A stretch of 64,000 nt of DNA from Alicyclobacillus sp. (GCA_023511295.1 JAIMBT010000019.1:4241-68240), one strand, 5' to 3'; shown: positions 35,328 through 43,957, counted from the stretch's first letter. Made by a program: numbers and translations. The notes: generated by a model not told the origin, from the letters alone.

Positions 35328-36932
35328 ATGTTCGATGCACATACGTATCCGTACGCGTCCCGGCGCACGGTGGTGTACGCGCGGCGCGGGATGGTCGCAA
35401 CGGGCCATCCGCTGGCTGCACAGGCCGGCCTCACGATTCTGCAGCAGGGTGGTAACGCGATTGACGCGGCGGTCGCCACGGCTGCAGCCTTGACCGTCGT
35501 GGAACCGACAGCCAACGGCATCGGGTCCGACGCGTTCGCAATTGTCTGGACAAACGGTCAGCTGCACGGCTTGAATTCGAGCGGACCGGCACCCCAGTTG
35601 CTCGACATCCCGACTTTACAGAGAAAAGGTCTGACCGAGATGCCGAGCGAGGGCCTCATCCCTGTCACGGTACCGGGGGCACCGGCGGCGTGGGCGGCAC
35701 TCGTCGAGCGGTTCGGCCGGCTGTCGCTCCGGCAGGTGCTGGCGCCGGCGATTGCACTGGCGGACGAAGGGCATGCGGTGGCGCCGACCGTGGCACGCGG
35801 TTGGACGGCGAGCGCCAAGCGCTTTGCGGACCTGCTCCGGGGCGACGAGTACCGCGGCTGGTTCGACACCTTCGCACCCGATGGGAAGGGCCCCGCGGCT
35901 GGCGACATCGTGCGGCTGCCCGACCACGCGCGAACGCTCCGGGCGATAGCGGAGACCGGTGCGCGTGACTTCTACGAGGGGGAGATTGCGGAGCGGATAG
36001 ACGCCTTCTTCCGAGCGCACGGAGGTTACCTGCGAAAGTCCGACCTGGAGGCGTTCCAGCCGGAGTGGGTGCAGCCGATCTCCGTCCGCTACCGCGGCTA
36101 CGACGTCTGGGAGATTCCGCCGAACGGGCAAGGTATCGTCGCGCTCATGGCGCTGAATATCTTGAACGGGTTCGAGTTCACAGAGCGCGAGACGGTCGAG
36201 ACCTACCACAGACAGATGGAGGCCATCAAACTGGCGTTTGTTGACGGCAAGCACTACGTGACAGACCCGCGCAAGATGCGCGTGTCGGTCGAGGAGCTGC
36301 TGTCGCCGGCGTACGCAGCGGATCGGCGGAAGTTGATTGGCGAGATGGCGCTGGAGCCGGAACCCGGTCGTCCACGGGCCAGCGGTACGGTGTACCTGGC
36401 GGCTGCTGACGGCGACGGCAACATGATTTCGTACATTCAGAGTAACTACAAAGGGTTTGGCTCTGGCATCGTCGTGCCGGGGACCGGGGTTGCGATGCAA
36501 AACCGGGGGCACACGTTCTCGCTCAATCCCACCCACGCGAACGCACTGGAGCCGGGCAAGCGCACCTACCACACCATCATCCCAGGCTTCCTGACCAAGG
36601 ATGGGCAGCCGGTCGGGCCATTTGGTGTGATGGGCGGTTACATGCAACCGCAGGGACATGTGCAGGTCGTATCCAACCTGGTCGACTTCCACATGAACCC
36701 TCAGGCGGCGCTTGACGCACCGAGGTGGCAGTGGCTGGAAGGCAAGAGGTTCACGGTGGAGCGGGCGGTGCCAGATCACATCGTGGATCAGCTGGTTCGC
36801 CGCGGTCACCAGATTCAGGTCACGCACGACGGTGGCAGCTATGGACGTGGACAGGTGATTGTGCGGATGCCGAGCGGATCCCTCGCCGGCGGAACGGAGC
36901 CACGGACGGACGGGCACATCGCGGCGTGGTAG
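35328..36932 (+). CDS. ggt: Gamma-glutamyltransferase
   Basis: Trimmed to ATG 35328 after GGGAGAGGGGA. Contains GMVATGHPLAAQAG, the autoprocessing region ...GTVYLAAADGDGN..., and GGYMQPQGHVQV. Confidence 0.9.
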   Translation: MFDAHTYPYASRRTVVYARRGMVATGHPLAAQAGLTILQQGGNAIDAAVATAAALTVVEPTANGIGSDAFAIVWTNGQLHGLNSSGPAPQLLDIPTLQRKGLTEMPSEGLIPVTVPGAPAAWAALVERFGRLSLRQVLAPAIALADEGHAVAPTVARGWTASAKRFADLLRGDEYRGWFDTFAPDGKGPAAGDIVRLPDHARTLRAIAETGARDFYEGEIAERIDAFFRAHGGYLRKSDLEAFQPEWVQPISVRYRGYDVWEIPPNGQGIVALMALNILNGFEFTERETVETYHRQMEAIKLAFVDGKHYVTDPRKMRVSVEELLSPAYAADRRKLIGEMALEPEPGRPRASGTVYLAAADGDGNMISYIQSNYKGFGSGIVVPGTGVAMQNRGHTFSLNPTHANALEPGKRTYHTIIPGFLTKDGQPVGPFGVMGGYMQPQGHVQVVSNLVDFHMNPQAALDAPRWQWLEGKRFTVERAVPDHIVDQLVRRGHQIQVTHDGGSYGRGQVIVRMPSGSLAGGTEPRTDGHIAAW

Positions 36933-36936
36933 GAAA

Positions 36937-37011
36937 GCGGTAGGATTGCGGCAGGATTGCGGTAGGATTGCGGTAGGATTGCGGTAGGATTGCGGTAGGA
37001 TTGCGGTAGGA
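36937..37011. repeat. 11-bp microsatellite (GCGGTAGGATT), about 6.8 copies
   Basis: Units at 36937, 36948 (GCGGCAGGATT), 36959, 36970, 36981 and 36992, plus a partial unit at 37003. It starts 5 nt after the ggt stop. Confidence 0.9.
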
Positions 37012-37411
37012 AGGGAACGCGGTTCCGTTGTTGGTCGAACCTCGGCGGGAGGGGCAGGCCGATAAGGGAACCGCGTTCCGCTGTGTAGCGGGCGGGGGGC
37101 GGATGGAGCAGCGTTCCGGGGCGGCTACGGCCGAACAAGGGAACGCCGTTCCGCTATGGGCGGCAGGAAGGGGCGTCCGTGTGCCGATAAGGGAACCGCG
37201 TTCCGCTGTGTGGCGGGCTGGGGGCGGATGGAGCAGCGTTCCGGGGCGGCTCCGACCGAACAAGGGAACGCCGTTCCGTTGTTGGTCGAACCTCGGCAGG
37301 AAGGGGCGTCCGTGTGCCGATAAGGGAACCGCGTTCCGCTGTGTAGCGGGCTGGGGGCGGATGGAGCAGCGTTCCGGGGCGGCTACGGCCGAACAAGGGA
37401 ACGCGGTTCCG
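37011..37411. repeat. Three tandem units (125 and 133 bp apart) with a 95-bp core, carrying seven AAGGGAAC-N3-GTTCCG palindromes
   Basis: Cores at 37059-37153, 37184-37278 and 37317-37411 differ at only 2-4 of 95 positions by my alignment. Palindromes start at 37011, 37064, 37136, 37189, 37262, 37322 and 37395. Confidence 0.9.
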
Positions 37412-37547
37412 TTAGGCTCGACCGGGGATGGGGCCCTGAATATGTGCCTTCGCGCAAATTTTCATGTGACAACTGTCAACAATCGGGCTGGCCCTCGATA
37501 TAGTTATAGCAATATTCCGCCACATGTACTGGGATGGAGGGACGCGG

Positions 37548-39152
37548 ATGAAACGGGGCGCGCAGCGGTTGGGGTTCGCGGCGGTGGTGGTGACGGCTTC
37601 GGCGGTGCTGGTCAGTGCCTGCGGTGGTGCAGGCGGGGCGACGAGTGGCAATTCCGCAAACGGAGCCAACGGCGGAGGGAGCGCGGCGACCAACATGGCC
37701 GCTTCAGGGGCGACCGCGGTGTCCAACCGAACCGAGTTGGACATCGGGCTGACCGCGTACCCCATCACGATGGATCCGCTGACATCGAGCGCGTGGTTTG
37801 ACCGGCAAGTGATGTACAACATCTACGACACGTTGTTCCAGCTGGGTCCCCAGAATCAGATTGAACCGGACCTCGTCCAGTCATACACCGTGTCTCCCGA
37901 CGGGAAGACCTACACTTTGAACTTGCACACGGGCATCACCTTTCAGGACGGCACGCCGTTCAACGCGGCCGCGGTCAAGTTTAACCTCGAGCGGTACATG
38001 GGCCCAACGTCGACCTCGCGCAGTGCGTTGACCAGCATCGCCAGCATCGACACGCCGGATGATCACACGGTTGTCATCCACCTGAAGCAGCCGTTCAGCC
38101 CGCTGTTGTCCATCCTGACAGATCGGGCTGGGATGATGGTGTCCCCGACCGCCGTGCGGAAGGAGGGCAAGAACTTCGGGCTCGATCCGGTCGGAACCGG
38201 TCCCTTCGAGTACAAGAGCAGTCTGCAGGGAGACCACATCACGCTGGTCAAGAATCCGCACTACTGGCAGCCGAATGAACCGAAACTGGATATGCTGGTG
38301 TTCAAGGCGTTCACGGACCCGAATGTGGAGCTGCAAAACCTGGAGAGCGGTGCCGTGCAGATCATCGACTCTGTCCCTCCGCAGCAGGTGCAGTCCTTGG
38401 AGCAGAACCAGAATTTCCGGGTCATCAGCCAGCCGAGTTGGGCGTGGGCGGGGTATGGACTGAACACCCAATCGGGTCCGTTCAAGAACCTGTACTTGCG
38501 GGAGGCGGTGAACGAGGCGATTGACCGGAGTGCCCTGGTGCGTGTGGTGTTGGACGGCCAAGGCGTCCCTGGCTTCAGCGCGCTCAGCCCCGCATCCCCT
38601 GGCTACGACAAGCAGGCGGACACGGCGCCGGCTCCGAACCCGGCCGAGATCAAGGGGCTCCTTGCGAAGGGCGGTGAACCAAACGGGTTCTCGTTCACGC
38701 TGAAGACGTTGGCGAGTGACCAACTGACGGCGCAAACCGTCCAGTCGATGCTTGCACAGTACGGAATTCAGATGAAGATTGACACCTTGGACGCCGCAGC
38801 GCTCGGGGCGGCACAGGACAACCACAACTTCGACGCCATTCTCGAGGGCTGGTCTGGGCGGCTTGATCCAGACCAAAACATGAGCCAGTACTTCTACACG
38901 AATGGTCCGCTCAACTGGGTCGGTTACAGCAATCCCGAGGTCGATCAACTGTTGACTCAGGCGCGCGCGCAGCAGTCCATGGCGGACCGGCAAAAAACGT
39001 ACGCCGAGATCACCGCCATCCTGCAGCACGACGCCCCGGCTGTCTTCCTGTACCACAAGAACAACATCCTCGCGATGGCGGCAGACGTTCAGGGGTTTCC
39101 GTACCGATCCGACGGCATGGTCCGCGCGGCCACCGTGTACTTCGGCCATTAG
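37548..39152 (+). CDS. Second ABC transporter substrate-binding lipoprotein, family 5
   Basis: Trimmed to ATG 37548, 7 nt after GGAGGG. Signal MKRGAQRLGFAAVVVTASAVLVSACGG. Clearly paralogous to the 31674 SBP (shared blocks ...FQDGTPFNAAAVKFNLER..., ...MMVSPTA...). Confidence 0.9.
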   Translation: MKRGAQRLGFAAVVVTASAVLVSACGGAGGATSGNSANGANGGGSAATNMAASGATAVSNRTELDIGLTAYPITMDPLTSSAWFDRQVMYNIYDTLFQLGPQNQIEPDLVQSYTVSPDGKTYTLNLHTGITFQDGTPFNAAAVKFNLERYMGPTSTSRSALTSIASIDTPDDHTVVIHLKQPFSPLLSILTDRAGMMVSPTAVRKEGKNFGLDPVGTGPFEYKSSLQGDHITLVKNPHYWQPNEPKLDMLVFKAFTDPNVELQNLESGAVQIIDSVPPQQVQSLEQNQNFRVISQPSWAWAGYGLNTQSGPFKNLYLREAVNEAIDRSALVRVVLDGQGVPGFSALSPASPGYDKQADTAPAPNPAEIKGLLAKGGEPNGFSFTLKTLASDQLTAQTVQSMLAQYGIQMKIDTLDAAALGAAQDNHNFDAILEGWSGRLDPDQNMSQYFYTNGPLNWVGYSNPEVDQLLTQARAQQSMADRQKTYAEITAILQHDAPAVFLYHKNNILAMAADVQGFPYRSDGMVRAATVYFGH

Positions 39153-39173
39153 CAGCCGGGATGGACACAAAGA

Positions 39174-39204
39174 AGCCGAGCAGCGGTCCAGACCGCGCTC
39201 GGCT
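39174..39204. terminator. GC-rich hairpin between convergent genes (SBP and SASP-like gene)
   Basis: AGCCGAGC...GCTCGGCT outer stem with an inner GCGGT/ACCGC stem, in the 65-nt gap between the stops at 39152 and 39218. Confidence 0.5.
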
Positions 39205-39217
39205 CCCTGTTCGGGGG

Positions 39218-39571
39218 TTACTTCGACGAATTCCGGCTCTGCTGAATCTCCTGCCGGACCTTCTGCGGGTCCGTTCCACTCAGGCTGTTGGTGGCCGCCC
39301 CCATTGCGGTGCCGGCCTGGCCGGAAAAACTCTGCTGGATTTCCTGCCGGACCTGTTGCGGGGCGGTTCCACTCAGGCTATTTGTCGTGGACTGGAACGC
39401 TGCCTGTCCCGACAATGAGCTCTGAATCTCCTGACGCACCTGCTGCGGGTTGGTACCCGACACGCTGTTGGTTGCGCCAAAGCTCCCACCCAAGGCGGTC
39501 GACGCCTGGGCTTTGCCCTGCAGATCTCGGTTGATCTCCTGCTTCACCTTCTGTGGATTCGTCCCGTTCAT
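39218..39571 (-). CDS. Glutamine-rich repeat protein resembling gamma-type small acid-soluble spore protein (SspE-like)
   Basis: Track ORF trimmed to ATG 39569-39571 after AAGGGGGA. 117 aa with four copies of T(N/A/D)PQ(Q/K)V(R/K)QEI(Q/N), comparable to the TNAQQVRKQNQQ repeats of Bacillus SspE. A sigma-G-like promoter lies upstream. Confidence 0.65.
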   Translation of the reverse strand: MNGTNPQKVKQEINRDLQGKAQASTALGGSFGATNSVSGTNPQQVRQEIQSSLSGQAAFQSTTNSLSGTAPQQVRQEIQQSFSGQAGTAMGAATNSLSGTDPQKVRQEIQQSRNSSK

Positions 39572-39609
39572 CGCATATCCCCCTTTTTGGTGTCCTGCGA
39601 CACCAGGCA

Positions 39610-39639
39610 TACTATGTGCCACCTGTCGCTGTCTTATTC
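39610..39639 (-). promoter_or_regulatory. Forespore sigma-G/sigma-F-type promoter candidate for the SASP-like gene
   Basis: Minus strand reads GAATA-18 nt-CATAGTA, against my recollection of the consensus G(H)ATR-N18-CATxxTA. The -35 overlaps the helD stop codon. A 6-bp stem GGTGTC/GACACC lies in the leader. Confidence 0.45.
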
Positions 39640-42075
39640 CTCCTGCCCGTCCGGAAAACTTGTTCGCCGCAACTCGAACTTGGCAGGGTCCACGTGGGCG
39701 AGAAAGCGACTGGGCTCGCCGCTGGAGAGCAGGTGCAGGCCGTGCATCGCGCGCGTGCATCCGGTATAGAGCAGCAATCGTTCGTGTTCCTGGTTGTAGC
39801 GCGGGTCGGACACGTCCCACAGGACGACACCGTCGAACTCCACACCTTTCGCCAGGTACACCGGCACGACGACAATCCCCGTGTGGTACGCCGTGGTTTC
39901 CTTGGTGACCAGCCGCGCGTCGGGCAGCTCCTTCCGGATGGCGTCGAACGCCGCGGCGCTCTCCGCAGCCGTTTTGCAGAGGACGGCGACCGTGCGGTTT
40001 CCCTGTTGCTGCAGTTCACGGACGGCGGCTACGGCGGCCGAAGCCAGTCGGGCCGCGTCTGGAACACGGGTGAGGACCGGCAGGGGGCCAGGGCGGTCGA
40101 ACGGATCGATCCGCTGGGGACCCGCCAACAAGGCGGCTGCGAACTCCACAATCGGCCGCGTCGACCGATAGCTGCGGATCAGTTCGTACGTCGCCGTCTC
40201 AGCTTCTGGGAAGAGCGACTTCACAGCGTCGAACCCGGCACCGCCGGCGGACTGAAGGTGAATGGACTGGTTGAGATCTCCCAACACGGTCATCCGCGCG
40301 TGGGGGAACAGCCGCTTGAGCAGTGCGAACTGAAACGGTGCGTAATCCTGCGCTTCGTCGAGGACCACGTGGCGAACGAGCGTGTTCCGGCGCACGCCTT
40401 CAATCCGCTCTTTCAAGTAGACGAAGGGGGTTGCGTCCTCGAAGCCCATCTTGCCGGCGGCCAACCGCTCCCGCGTGTCGGCACAGATGGCGTCCCAGTC
40501 CTCGGGCAGATGGCGCGGCGAGATGAGGTGCTGCGCGTAACCGGGATTGAACAGTTGCCGGTAGATGGCGGGCACGTCGAGGAAGCGCAGCTTGCGAACC
40601 CCCGCGCGCAGCTTCCGGAACTGGCGGTCCACCACCACCTGGGCGAGGTAGTTCCGCTCCGCGTCGAAATCGTTGAACGACGTCTTGGTGAACTGGTTCT
40701 GATGGCGAAGGGCCTGATATGCGTCGACGAACGTGTCTTTGTCGAGCAACTCGATGGCCTCGTCCACCCAGCGTTCTCCCCGCTCCCGCACGGCCAAAGC
40801 CTTCAGCTCCTGCATCATCCAACGCCGGACCTGTTGCACGCGGTTGGGCAGGTTCACCTGCGGCTCACACAGGTAGAACTGGCGCTTGATGGCCTTCGCC
40901 GGAATCAGCGTGCGGCCCCGGAAGCGCAGGCTGCGGAAAATCATGCCGTCCTTCAGGAGCCAGTCCGCGTACCGGTCGAGCAGGTTCTGGAAGGCGAACG
41001 AGGCTTTGAAGCGGATGCCTGCCACCCGCGCATCGTATCGCTTGCAATCTTCCAAGTCCGCTGGCGGGGTGAGAACGTACTCCAGCTGGTCAAACGCGTC
41101 TTCGACCGCAAACGCCGACCCAACGGCGTGGTCCAGGTACGCTTGGAAGGTCGTCTGTTGCATGTTCTCCTCTCCGAGCTCGGGCAGCACCGTACTGATG
41201 TAGCTGCCGAAAAGAGCGTTTGGCGAGAACAGGACGACGTGCTCCGCCCGAAGCGACTCGCGGTACCGGTACAACAGATACGCAATCCGCTGCAGGGCTG
41301 CGGACGTCTTGCCGCTCCCAGCGGCACCTTGCACGAGCAGCAGACGACTGCGGGTATCGCGGATGATGCGGTTTTGATCCCGCTGGATGGTGGCGACGAT
41401 GCTCTTCATGTGGGCATCGGCGTGCTGGCCGAGCGCCTCCTGCAGCATCTCGTCGCCGATGGTGATGCCCGTGTCGAATAGGCTGCGGATTTGGCCGCCG
41501 CGAATCAGGTACTGGCGCTTGACATCCATCACACCGCGGATACGCCCCGCCGGGGCTGTGTACTCCGCCGGGCCGGGCGCATAGTCGTAATACAAACTCG
41601 ACACGGGGGCGCGCCAATCGTATACAAGGAAATCGTCGCCGTCGTCGACGAACGACGAGATGCCGATGTAGATGGCCTCGGATTCCGACTGTCCTTCCTC
41701 TCGGAAGTCGATCCGCCCGAAATACGGTGAGCTCTCCATCCGACGCAGGGTCTTCAACTGGCTTGCGGCGTCTCGGTGGCTGCGCTCCTGCTCGGAGAGG
41801 ACCTCGGCCTGTTGGCGAATGCTGGCGGCCGTCTCGATGGCTTCGTCGGCGTCCTCGAGGTTGACGGTGACATCCTCCCAGAACGTCCGCTTGCTCTCCA
41901 CCACTTGCGACTGCAGGTGGGAGGCGCGCTGCTCGAGCGCCTGGATGCGTTTGGAGATCTCCCGAACGACCTCATCCACACGGCGCTGCTCGGATGCGAG
42001 GTCCAAACCCGGAAGGGTCTGGCGGTCGGTTGTCGCTGGCGTCTCTGGTCCTACGGGCTTCGCCGGACGGTTCAT
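39634..42075 (-). CDS. helD: UvrD-like helicase IV / RNA polymerase recycling ATPase HelD
   Basis: 813 aa. Coiled-coil N-terminal arm, Walker A LVQGAAGSGKTSAAL, later helicase motifs (VLDEAQD, LIRSYRST). RBS AAAGGAGGAG. Confidence 0.85.
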   Translation of the reverse strand: MNRPAKPVGPETPATTDRQTLPGLDLASEQRRVDEVVREISKRIQALEQRASHLQSQVVESKRTFWEDVTVNLEDADEAIETAASIRQQAEVLSEQERSHRDAASQLKTLRRMESSPYFGRIDFREEGQSESEAIYIGISSFVDDGDDFLVYDWRAPVSSLYYDYAPGPAEYTAPAGRIRGVMDVKRQYLIRGGQIRSLFDTGITIGDEMLQEALGQHADAHMKSIVATIQRDQNRIIRDTRSRLLLVQGAAGSGKTSAALQRIAYLLYRYRESLRAEHVVLFSPNALFGSYISTVLPELGEENMQQTTFQAYLDHAVGSAFAVEDAFDQLEYVLTPPADLEDCKRYDARVAGIRFKASFAFQNLLDRYADWLLKDGMIFRSLRFRGRTLIPAKAIKRQFYLCEPQVNLPNRVQQVRRWMMQELKALAVRERGERWVDEAIELLDKDTFVDAYQALRHQNQFTKTSFNDFDAERNYLAQVVVDRQFRKLRAGVRKLRFLDVPAIYRQLFNPGYAQHLISPRHLPEDWDAICADTRERLAAGKMGFEDATPFVYLKERIEGVRRNTLVRHVVLDEAQDYAPFQFALLKRLFPHARMTVLGDLNQSIHLQSAGGAGFDAVKSLFPEAETATYELIRSYRSTRPIVEFAAALLAGPQRIDPFDRPGPLPVLTRVPDAARLASAAVAAVRELQQQGNRTVAVLCKTAAESAAAFDAIRKELPDARLVTKETTAYHTGIVVVPVYLAKGVEFDGVVLWDVSDPRYNQEHERLLLYTGCTRAMHGLHLLSSGEPSRFLAHVDPAKFELRRTSFPDGQEE

Positions 42076-42099
42076 TCCGATCTCCTCCTTTGCAGGGGG

Positions 42100-42128
42100 T
42101 TGACACTTCGCGGAAAATGCGATACAAT
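42100..42128 (+). promoter_or_regulatory. Near-consensus sigma-A promoter TTGACA-17-TACAAT
   Basis: TTGACA 42100-42105, a 17-nt spacer, TACAAT 42123-42128. It points away from helD toward pepC. Confidence 0.6.
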
Positions 42129-42134
42129 ATTGTC

Positions 42135-42239
42135 AACGGTTAATGAAAATGGGGATCTTGCACACTGTATCAATGAAGTCGACCGTTTTCCATTGTAGCC
42201 GATTGGGTGGCGCGGCGCAAATGGGAAACGGTCGTTTTT
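42135..42239 (+). ncRNA. Candidate ~105-nt small RNA or terminated leader (promoter to terminator unit)
   Basis: Bounded by the 42100 promoter and the 42180-42239 terminator. No SD-preceded ORF inside. No known RNA family recognised. Confidence 0.35.
42180..42239 (+). terminator. Intrinsic terminator (15-bp stem, 25-nt loop, T5)
   Basis: CGACCGTTTTCCATT (42180-42194) pairs with AATGGGAAACGGTCG (42220-42234): 14 Watson-Crick pairs plus 1 G-U. It is followed by TTTTT 42235-42239. Confidence 0.7.
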
Positions 42240-42460
42240 CTATCGGCTGGTTTGTGCCCGTTCTCATCCCGCCTGGCGGGGTCAGCCAGGGATTGCGCTC
42301 ATCGCCGTCCGATGTTCATCCCACGGGCTGTGCCCGTCGTGTATAATGGGTTCTGTCGATGGAATTTGCCTAGTCTGAAAACGGATGCAACGCTCTGCCC
42401 GAACCGCGTTCGCGTGCGCGGGAGCGGGTCGGGAACAACCACGGGAGAGGTGGGCTTGGC

Positions 42461-43828
42461 ATGGCGCAAGTGATGACTGGCGTTGAGTCGAAGGGCGCAA
42501 TCTCGCTGCAGCAGGTTCAGGATTTGGCGGAGGCGTTCCGCAACGACCCGCACAACAAGATTCGCACCAACGCCATCGTGAAGAACGGCATTCAGAACGT
42601 CGCAGCGAACCGCGACGCGTTCATTCAGATGCAGTTCACGTTTTCCACCGAGATTGAGACCGGACCGGTCACCAACCAAAAGCAGAGCGGGCGCTGCTGG
42701 ATGTTCGCTGGGTTGAACACGATTCGGCACAACATGGCGAAACACAACAACATGAAGCCGTTCGAGCTCTCGCAGTGCTATCAAATGTTCTGGGATAAGT
42801 TCGAGAAGGCGAACTACTTCCTCGAGCGGGTGTTTGACACGATAGAGGAAGACACGGACAGCCGCATCGTGCAGTGGATTCTGCAGTCCCCGCTGCAGGA
42901 CGGCGGCCAGTGGGACATGTTCGTCAACCTGGTCGACAAGTACGGCGTGGTTCCGCAGTACGTGATGCCGGAGACGTTCCACAGCAGCCAGTCGGCACAG
43001 ATGAACCACCTGCTCACCTTGAAGCTGCGCGAACACGCGGTCCGCCTGCGCGATGGGTATCGGGCGGGCAAACCGCTGTCCGAACTGCGCGCGGAGAAAC
43101 AAGGGATGATGGCCGAATTCTACCGCCTTCTGTGCTACTTCCTCGGTCAGCCGCCGCAGGTGTTTGACTTCGAGTACCGCGACAAGGACAACGTGTATCA
43201 CCGCGATACTGGGTTGACGCCGCTGTCTTTCATGGAAAAGTATGCGGGGTTCGACATCCACGACTACGTGAGCGTCATCAACGCGCCGACCGCTGACAAG
43301 CCGTTCAACCGGACGTACACGGTGCAGTACCTCGGCAACGTGGAGGGCGGAAAGGACGTGCTGTACCTCAACGTCGACATCGATACCTTCAAACGCTTGG
43401 CGCTTGCGCAGCTGCAGGACGGGGTACCGGTGTGGTTCGGTTGCGATGTCGGCAAGATGTTGGAGCGTGACGCAGGCATCATGGACACGGCCATCTTCGA
43501 TTACGAGGGTGCGCTGGACACCCAATTCGGGATGACCAAAGCGGAACGGCTGGACTACGCCTCCAGCCTGATGACCCACGCGATGGTGTTCACCGGCGTG
43601 AACCTCGTCGACGGCAAGCCAGATAGATGGAAGGTCGAGAACAGCTGGGGCAAAGACCGGGGCAACGAAGGGTTCTACGTGATGAGCGACGCGTGGTTCG
43701 ATGAGTACATGTACCAGGTCGTGGTGGATAAAAAGTACCTCTCGGACGAACTGCGTCAGGCGCTGGCCCAGGAGCCGATTGTCTTGAAGCCGTGGGACCC
43801 GATGGGATCTCTGGCCGGCCTTCGGTAA
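42461..43828 (+). CDS. pepC: Aminopeptidase C (C1-family cysteine peptidase, bleomycin hydrolase-like)
   Basis: 455 aa. Active-site region NQKQSGRCWMFAGLN and a C-terminal HAMVFTGV...WKVENSWG block. Confidence 0.9.
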   Translation: MAQVMTGVESKGAISLQQVQDLAEAFRNDPHNKIRTNAIVKNGIQNVAANRDAFIQMQFTFSTEIETGPVTNQKQSGRCWMFAGLNTIRHNMAKHNNMKPFELSQCYQMFWDKFEKANYFLERVFDTIEEDTDSRIVQWILQSPLQDGGQWDMFVNLVDKYGVVPQYVMPETFHSSQSAQMNHLLTLKLREHAVRLRDGYRAGKPLSELRAEKQGMMAEFYRLLCYFLGQPPQVFDFEYRDKDNVYHRDTGLTPLSFMEKYAGFDIHDYVSVINAPTADKPFNRTYTVQYLGNVEGGKDVLYLNVDIDTFKRLALAQLQDGVPVWFGCDVGKMLERDAGIMDTAIFDYEGALDTQFGMTKAERLDYASSLMTHAMVFTGVNLVDGKPDRWKVENSWGKDRGNEGFYVMSDAWFDEYMYQVVVDKKYLSDELRQALAQEPIVLKPWDPMGSLAGLR

Positions 43829-43923
43829 GGCGAGAGGCGGTTGGGCGGCAACGCCGCAGAGGGGCCTGACGAACGGCCGTCGACGCCCGTCCCATTGGCT
43901 TGCCGTCTCCGTACACACAACAC

Positions 43924-43957
43924 AGGAAGCGGACAGCCGCCGGGCTGTCCGCTTCCT
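43924..43957. terminator. Perfect 15-bp-stem hairpin between convergent pepC and the MBL hydrolase gene
   Basis: AGGAAGCGGACAGCC-GCCG-GGCTGTCCGCTTCCT. No U-tract on either side. Confidence 0.55.

Noticed and set aside
36937-37411. Possible CRISPR array, because of regularly spaced repeats containing a palindrome.
   Set aside because: The repeat units are 95 bp, far longer than CRISPR repeats. The 30-38-bp 'spacers' are themselves homologous to each other. No cas genes or leader are present. It is a tandem duplication, not a repeat-spacer array.
42143-42346. A 67-aa ORF (MKMGILHTVSMK…) inside the helD-pepC spacer.
   Set aside because: No SD precedes it. It reads straight through the 15-bp terminator stem and T-tract, and its composition is not protein-like. 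The region is better explained as non-coding RNA or leader.
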